Assembly: GCF_009914755.1 (NCBI RefSeq)
Contig: NC_060948.1
Strand: one strand, 5' to 3'
DNA length: 64,000 nucleotides
DNA from: the human T2T-CHM13v2.0 reference genome, Homo sapiens
Below, piece after piece: positions 53,001-64,000 of the stretch; the stretch's first letter is position 1, and each line of letters starts with the position of its first letter. The notes below the pieces were generated by a model that was not told where the DNA came from, made no database searches, and saw only the letters and a program-made list of their open reading frames with translations. The position numbers and the translations under genes are program-made.

Positions 53001-56000
53001 TCACATTGAGAGTTTGCCAGGATGGCCCCAATTTGTTCTCAAAATGTTCTCTGCATGTCCACCTGAACACCAGGCTATTTACTTGGAAGCAGCTTCTGTG
53101 TCATCCATCTTTATTTTATTTTTTTCAGGTGATATTGCAAAACCTTATACACCCTTCACCAGATTTTGTCCTTACTGCTATTTGACTTTATTCCTGCTCA
53201 TACTGTATGTTCCAGGATGAAATCAAAAGATGATGGAGAAGTGCCCCCCGCCACAAGATGTGAATCACTTGCTCAGCTGGGAACTGAATTCAAGATTAAT
53301 TCAAAGTGCCCAGTGGACAGGACTGCCAGTGTCTATGCCTGGGTTGGCCTCATGACAATGACACACTAGGAGATACCTCTTTTTGGCATGGTGTGCTCCT
53401 CTTCTTTTTAGAAGAGTGGCTTTTTTTGAACACACAATGCCACACACACGCTCAGACATCCTACACTCAAAATACTCCCACAGAAATACACAGCCCAGCA
53501 GCTACTGAGGCTGCATTGTTGTGCAGGAAGCACTACCTGGAGAAAGTCCCACATCCCAAGCAGAGAAACACAGGCCACCAAAATGTTGGAAGACTCAAAA
53601 ACAGAAAGCACTGAAGTGCATAAGTAATATTCCTTTAAGCAGACTCCATTTATAGTCACACACACACACACAATGCCACACAAAGATGCAGACATCCAAC
53701 ACTCGAAATCCTCCACCAGAAAGGTTGGGAGACTAAAAAAAAAAAAAAAAAAAGAGAAAGACAAAGGGCTGAAGTGGGTTAGCCACATAATTTCAAGCAC
53801 ACTCCACTGACAGGTGCACACACACACCCAATGCCACACACAGATGCAGACATCCAACACTCGCAACACTCCCACAGGAAAACACAGCTCAGCAGCTCCA
53901 GAGGCTATGTGATTCTGCAGGAATCCCAACCTGGGAGAGAGCAAGCACAAGAAACCCTGGTTGGCTACACCTAGAAATCACAGTTAGGCAAGTTTCAAAA
54001 GACTCATGCTTACAACATCTAGGGTGGCCTGAAAAATCCTGCAGAGGTTTTTGCCTGTGTGTAAGCAAGGTGGCATCCTAAGCAGAGAAAAATGGTACAG
54101 GCAGAGTAGGCCTGTTTTTAATAAAAAGGCAGTGTGTGAAAACCCACTGTGGGACCCTAAATGTCTCGACCTGAAGGCCCCTTTGGGCTGTCTCCATGGT
54201 CAGGTCCCACTGCCGGAGGAAATATTTTGAGATAGTAACCTGTTCGCTGGAAACTGCCCTTCTGACTCCATTTTTGAAACAGGCTGTGAGCCATAATCTG
54301 GTCCCATAAGAATTGGAATATAATCTGTTGTGTTGTTGAGGGTTGTTTGGGTGACAGAATCATACCTGAGAACTTAGAGGTGGGTGTCAGTGAAAGAAGG
54401 TTGGGCTCTTGACCTCACTGCATCCCTTCATCCTGGGTCTCTCAGAAGCTCTCTGGGGAAGGTAGAAACCACAACAGTGGCAAATCCAATGTAGAGGAGT
54501 GTTCTCATACCTTGGACTGGTCTTTCACTGTGCAGTTGAGGTTATTCTTACACCTCAGACTGGCCTTGGACTGTGCAGATAAGGTTGAGACAGTGAAACA
54601 CTGCGAGATGTCTGTTTCTGGTGTGGTGTGCTCCTCTTCTTTCTAGAAGAGTGGCTTTTTTTGTGGGGGGAGTTGATTTGGACAATTGTGTGTCTTGGCC
54701 CACCTCCCAATGCAATGCAGATTCATGATCCACAGAAAAATAAAGAACATGGAGCCCCAAAGCACAAGCAGAGCAACAGGCAGGCCAACAAAGATTGAAA
54801 CATACAAAAAAAAAAAAAAAAGCAGCAGCACTGAAGTGCGTTAGCCATATTATTTAAGCAGACTCCACTTACAGCCACAAACACATTCTCAAACACGCAA
54901 TGACACACACACACACATATCCAACAGTTGCAACACTCCCACAGAAGAACATAGCCCAGCAGCACCCGAGGCTGCATAGCTCTGCAGGAATTCCCACCTG
55001 GGAGAGAGCAATCCCAGGGAACATAGACAGGCTGTACCTAGAAACCACAGTGGGGCAAGTTTCAAAAAGACTCACCCCTACAATATCTAGGCAGGCCTAC
55101 AAAATCTTGCAGATCTTTTTGGATGTTTAAGGATTTTGCGGTTTATTTCTGTAGCTAAGCTTGATGTTCCTTCACGCTGGCTAACGTCTGCCCTCTCCTA
55201 GGATCATGAGACTATCTGTGGATTTCACAGAGAAGACAGACGAGAAGACACCGCTGACACTTCTCCACGGAGGTCTCCTTTTCCACCAAGATGCAGATGC
55301 TTCTTGCAAGGCAATGGTGACATTTATTGTGATGCTAGACAGAGCTCACAATCAGACCAGGTGCGCTGAGACTAGCGCAAGTGCATTTGTGAGGCAGACT
55401 CAAGTCAGGTTGTCAGAGCTGTCAGCCTGCCTCTGCAGTGGATAATGGTACAGGCAGAGCTGGCTTGGTATTGGGAAAAAGGCTGACTATAAAAACCCGC
55501 TGCAGGACCCTGAAAGTCTTGACCTCAGGGACCCTGCTAGCCATTTCCTTGTTCAGGTCGCGCTGGAGGAAGAGGTGTTTCGCGACTGTGAGGTGGTCGC
55601 TGGAAACTGCTCTTCTAACTCCATTAGCGAAAGAGGGTGTGTGCAATAATTGGGTCCCAAGGGGATTGGAATATAATCTGGTGTGTCGTTGAGTGTTCTT
55701 TGGGTGACAGAAACATACCTGAGACACCAGAAGTGGATGTCAGCAAAAGATGATTGGGCTTTTGAACTCAATGGCTCCCTTCATTCTGAGCCTTGCAGGG
55801 GCTATCTATGAAAGGCAAGAACCATGACAAAGGCAAGTCTAATGTGGAGCAGTGTTCTCACATCTTGGAATGGCCTCTCACTTGTGCAGATGTAGTTGAG
55901 ACAGTGTCTCAGAGGCCATCTGTGGTGATGGCAAGCTTGAAAATGGTGTGCAGTGCTGCTGTTGGGGGGCACTATGGATTCCCCAAGAAAACAAAGAAAA

Positions 56001-59000
56001 ACCAAGGTTCACCTAAGAATGAGCTGCCTTTGCTGGAGTCCAGGCAATGTTCAAGATTCCTGTCAGAAACCAAAAGCCTCCTGCAAAGTGCAAACAACTG
56101 CAGCCTCTACGATGAGACAATGATCCACAATATGGAGTGCAGCCAGTTTATCAAAGTCCCTTTTACTCTCTGAAATCCCTGGCAGCAAAATAATCTGTGG
56201 CAAGTGGCAGTCCTAGCCAGCAATAGCCCAGTGAAAGGGCCCCTCCACAATGAGAAGTCCATGCAGATGAGATGAAACAGGGGCTAGATTATCAGGCTAA
56301 AGCCAGACGTGGCTGCCTCCTTCTCATCCTAGAGTAAACATGCAACCCTGTGATAGAAGTGGGAAAAAAAACAGATTCCTTGTTGGTGGGTGTAACAAGA
56401 ATTTACCGTTTTAAAACTATCAAAGCTTCCCAGTCTTTAAAAGGTGACAATGTTTAGAAGGAAACACTCATGCAATGGATTCCCAGGAGGGTTGTTCTCT
56501 ATGAATTGGGAAACATTTAGTGTGGAAGTCATTGAGCCAGAAAGAGGAAACCCTAGGTTGATGAAAAACATAGAAGTCAGGGGGAAAAAGGCAAGTACGG
56601 AGGCCACATCCAACCCAGCATCAATCAATACTCCTCCCATTTGGCTCATGTATGAAGGCTCTTAAATTGGGAGTTTGCAAAAATGGCCCCAATTTGCCCT
56701 CCAAATATTCCTTGCAGATTAAAGTACTCCCACCAGAACACCGAGCCATGGTGTGGACTGCTTGTGCAATTAAGGGGATGCAGAGATGAAGTTGGAAGCA
56801 CTTTCTGTGTTATCTGTCTTTATGTTTTGCTGGTGAAGTTGGGAGACCACTTTCACCCCTCACCAGATTGTATCCTCACCCCATCTGACCTTATTTCTGC
56901 TCACAATCTATGTCCCCGAATGAAATCCAAGATGATGGACAAGATCTTCCTCATGACATGAAGCATCTGCTCAGCTGGAGACTGAATTTGATGTAAATTC
57001 AAGGGGCCATGCACACAGGTCTGTGAGTGTCACTTTCTGGTTTGGACTCAGGTCAATAAAACACTGGGAGATCTCTTTTTTTTGGTGTGGTATGCTCATC
57101 TTCTTTCTAGAAGAGTGGCTTTTGTTGCAGGGGAGGTGATTTGGATGCTTGTGTGTCTCGGCCCACCTCCCAATTCACTGCAGATTCATGATCCACAGAC
57201 AAATAAAGAACATGAATCCCGGCAACCCAAGCCGAGCCACACAGACAGGCCACTATAAGGATAAGAGACTCAAAAATAAAAGAAATGCTGCAGTGCATTA
57301 GCCACATTCCTTTAAGCAGACTCCACTTACAGGCACGCAAACACACACACAAATACACAATGCCACACCTACCCACAAAGACAACCAACACTTGCAACAT
57401 TCCCACGGAAACTCACTGCCTGGCAGCTACTGAGGCTGTGTGGCTCATCAGAAATCCCCACCTGGGAGAGAGCAACCCCGGGTAACACATGCATGTTGTA
57501 CCTAGAAATCACATTGGGACAGGTTTCTAAAAGACTCACCCCTACAACCTCTAGGCAGGCCTGAGGAATCCTTCCAAATCCTTTTGGATCCCTAGGCAGT
57601 TTGCCATTTATTCCTGGGGCTCTTCTTGACCTTTCCTCAGTCTGGCTCTCATCTGCCCTTTTCTAGGACTATCCTGTGAATCCCACAGAGAAGACAGGTG
57701 TGGTTCCAATGCCGGTGCACCTCCAGGGAATTCTCCTTTTCTACCAAGCTCCAGGCCTTCTGCCATGATCATGAGACTATTTGTGGATTTCACAGAGAAG
57801 ATAGGTGAGAGTGTACCACTGACACACCTCCACAGAGGTCTCCGTCTCCAGCAAGAGGCAGGGACTTGTCACTAGGCAATGGTGACCTTTTTTGTAACTT
57901 TTGCCGAAGCTCACAATCAGCCCTGATACCTTGAGACTAGCACATGTGCATTCATGAGGGTGGCTCAGGCGCCTGACTGTTGGAGCTGTCAGCTTGCCTA
58001 AGCAGAGGAAAATAGTACAAGCAGAGATGGCCTGGTATCAGGACAAAGTCTGCCTGCGAAAACCAACGGCTGGACTGTAAAATTTGCAAAGTCAGGGCCC
58101 CTTCAGTTCATCTCCATGATTGGTTCCCGCTGGAGAAGAAGGCATTTCAAGATGGTGACATGGTCTCTGGAAACTGCTCTTCAGACTCCATTTCTGAAAA
58201 AGTCTATGTGCAAGTATCGGGTTTCATGGGGATTGGAGTATAGTCTGGTGAGTTGTTGAGGATTCTTTGGGTGATACAATCATACCTGAGACCCCAAAGG
58301 TGGGTGTCAGAGAAAGATGGCCGGTCTCTTGGCCTCACTGCCTCCCTTTATTTTGGACCTCGCAGGAGCTCTCTGGGAAAGGCAGCAACCTCAAAAAGGC
58401 AAGTCCAAGAAGGAGCAGTGTTCTCACATCGTGGACTGTCTTCTCACAGGTGCAGATGAGGTTGAGACAGTGTCTCCAAGGCTGTCTGTGGCCATGGCAA
58501 ACCTGAAAAGTGTCAAGTACTGCTGTTGATGGGCACTATGCATACCTTATGAAAGCAAAGAAAAATCAATGCTCACCTGAAAGAACAATCTGCCTTGTGC
58601 TGCAGTCCAAGCAATGTTCAAAGATTCCTGTCAGAGGACCGAAAAGCCTCCTGTAAAGTGCAAACAACCTCAGCCCCCACGTTGACACCATGGCTCACAA
58701 CCTGGATTTTGGTGAGCCTACCCAAAGTGTCTTTTGCTCCCTGAAATCCCTGGCAGCCAAAAGATCTGTGATGAGAGGTAGTACCATCCAGCAACAGTCC
58801 AGTGAAAGATCCCTTCCACAATGAGAAACGACATGCAGATGAAATGGAACAGTGCCTAGAATGCCAGCCAAAAGTGAGATATGACTGCCTGCTTCTCACC
58901 CCAGAGATCTTGCAGCCCCTGATAGAAGTGGTAGAACAAGAGTTTCCTTAATGGCAGCTGTAACAGGAAATCATGGTTTTAAAAGTATCACAGCTGCCAA

Positions 59001-61405
59001 GTAATTAAAATGTGACATTGTTAATATGAAATACGCACACAATGGATTCTCATAAGGGTCATAATCACTGTATGGGGAAATGTTTAGTGTCGAAGACGTT
59101 GAGCCAGACCCAGGAAACCCTAGGCTGATGAGGAGCATGGAAGTCAGGAAAAAAAGAGGCAAGTGTAGACGCCACATCCCAGCCAGGATAAATTCATGGT
59201 ACTCCCATTTGGCTTTAGTATGAAAGCCCTTAAATTGGCAGTTTGCAGGATGGCTTCAGTTTGCACTCCAAATGTTCCCTGCACCTTGTAGTACTCCCAC
59301 CTGAACACCGGGCCATGGTGTGGACTACTGTGTCATTAAGGGAATGCAGGGATGCAGTGTGAAGCACTTTCTGTCTTCTGTCTTCACCTTTTTTGCATGT
59401 TAAGGTGCAGGTCCTCATCCACCCCTCACCACATTGTATCTTCATCTCTCTGTGACCTTATTGCTACTGATATTCTCTGTTCCAGAATGAAATTCCAAGA
59501 TGATGGAGGGGTTCTCCTTCACGATGTGAAGCACCAGCTTGGCTGGGAACTAAATTCGAGGTACATTTAAAAAGCCCTGCAGACAGGACTGCTGCTGTCT
59601 CTCCCTGGGTTGGCTGAAGGACAATAAAACACTGGGAGATGTCTGTTCTTGAGGGTGGTATGGCCTTCTTCTTTCTAGGAAAGTGGTTTTTTTTGGGAGA
59701 AGGAGGTGTTTTGTTACCTGGCGGGTCTCATCCTGCCTTAGACTTCATTGCAGATTCATAATCCATAGAAAAAGAAAGAATACAAAGCCCCGCAGCCTGA
59801 GACAATCCACTAAAAAGTTGGAAGACTTAAAAAAAAGGGGGCTGCAGTGCTTTAGCAACATTACTTTAAGCAGACTCCCCTTACAGACACCACACACACA
59901 CACACACACACACATAGACACAGCCATACATACACGCAAACATCCAACACTCACAACACTCTCACAGAAACACAAAGTCTGGCAGCTTCTCAGGCTTTGT
60001 GGTCCTGCAGGAAGCCCCACCTGGGAGACAGCCACCCCAGGAACACAGGTGGGCTTTACCTAGAAATCACAGTGGGGCAAGTTTCACAATGACTCACCCC
60101 TGCAACATCTAGGCAGGCATTAGAAATTCTACACATATTTTAAATCATTAGGAATGCTTCAGTTTATTCCTGAGGCTGCCCTTGAGGTTTCTTGAGGCTG
60201 GCTTCTGTCTGCCCTCTCCTAGCATCATGGGACTGTCCCATGCATTTTACTTAGAAGACAGGTGAGAGTCCACTACCAATGCCCCTACATGGAGGTTTCC
60301 TCCCTCAATCCACAGGGACTTGTCACTAGGCAATGGCGGCATTTATTGTGACACTAGTCAGAACTCCCAAACAGGCCTTTTGCACTGAGAGTAGAGCATG
60401 CACATTTGCCAGGTAGATTCGGGCCCCTGGCTGTCAGAGTTGTCAGCCTGCCTAAGCAGAGGAAAATGATATAGACAGAGATGGCATGCTATCATGAAAA
60501 AGTCTGTCTGTGATAACCAAGTGCAGTACCGTAAAATTATTGACCATGGAGCCCCTTCACGATGACTCCATGGCTGGGAACCACTGAAGGAGGAGGCTTT
60601 TCCAAACTGAGGTGGTCTCTGAAGACTGCTCTTCTGACTCCATTCCTGAAAGAGGCTGTGTGCAAGAATCAGGTTCCATGGAGATTGGAATATAGTCTGG
60701 TGAGTTGTTGAGGGGATTTTATGTGATGGAATTATACCCGAGACCCCAGAGTCAGCTTTCAATGAATGGGGCTCGGCCCTTGACTTCATTGCCTCCTATC
60801 ATCCTGGGCCTGGCAGGGGATCTATGAGAAAGGCAGGAACCACGACAAAGGCAGGTCCAAAGTCAAGCAGTATTCTTACATGTCGAACGGGTCTCTCACT
60901 CATGTAGATGATGTTGAAAAATGTTCACAGAAGGTGTCTGCGGAAATTGCAAGTCTGACAATCATGTCCACTAATGCTGTTGAGGGGCAATGTGGACCCA
61001 GCCTGAAAGGAAAGAAAAATCAAGGCTTGCTTGAGAGAAGGAGCTGGCTTGAGCTGGAGTATAAGAAACTTTCAAAGGTTCCTGTCAGAGGAACCAAAAG
61101 CCTCCTGAGAACTGCAAACAACCTCAGCTCTCACAATGAGACCACGAACCACAAGCTGGAAGGCAGCCAGCCTATGCAAAGTCATTTTTGCTTTCTGAAA
61201 TCAGTGGCAGCAAAATCTGTATTTAGAGACATTCCCATCTAGCAACATTCAATGCTATATGCCCTCCACAATGAGACAAGACTTGCAGATGAAATAAAAC
61301 AGAACATAGATTACCAGAAAAAAAGCTAGATACGTCTGTCTGCTTCTCATCCTACTGGAATTATGCAGCCTTTTGATAGAAATGGGAGAAGAACTGTTTC
61401 CCAAG
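44053..61405 (+). repeat. Macrosatellite segment 3 (about 8 units, several rearranged)
   Basis: Landmarks at ~44524, (46850, landmark deleted), 49258, 51771, (54075, partial), 55421, 57988, 60442; GAGCTC at 44443, 46817, 55342. Confidence 0.93.

Positions 61406-64000
<2,595 letters not shown>

Overview
Primate nuclear DNA (Alu, L1PA and class-I HERV present), most consistent with an ampliconic region of a human or great-ape Y chromosome. I can support no intact protein-coding gene: the ORF track consists of repeat-derived, microsatellite-derived and decayed retroviral frames. Bases 1-7.6 kb are AT-rich flank with Alus, an L1 fragment, a probable MaLR LTR and microsatellites. From ~7.64 kb to the end, the window is a degenerate macrosatellite of ~2.45-2.5 kb units (about 23 full or partial copies). 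Each unit has a (CA)n module, and many keep a GAGCTC (SstI/SacI) site at the same position. This matches the Y-linked NORF/TTTY array (2.48 kb unit), which I believe is the SST1-family satellite; that identification is from recall and was not searched. The first copy (7.64-9.54 kb) is inverted head-to-head with the rest. The array is interrupted by a 5'-inverted (twin-primed) L1PA with a nested AluY, a 5'-deleted HERV-E-like provirus with a 3' LTR2-family LTR, and another AluY. The notable content is structural: a dimeric higher-order repeat, sister variant units, templated insertions, hairpin-forming template switches, and splice signals repeated on both strands. I found no evidence for a novel coding system.
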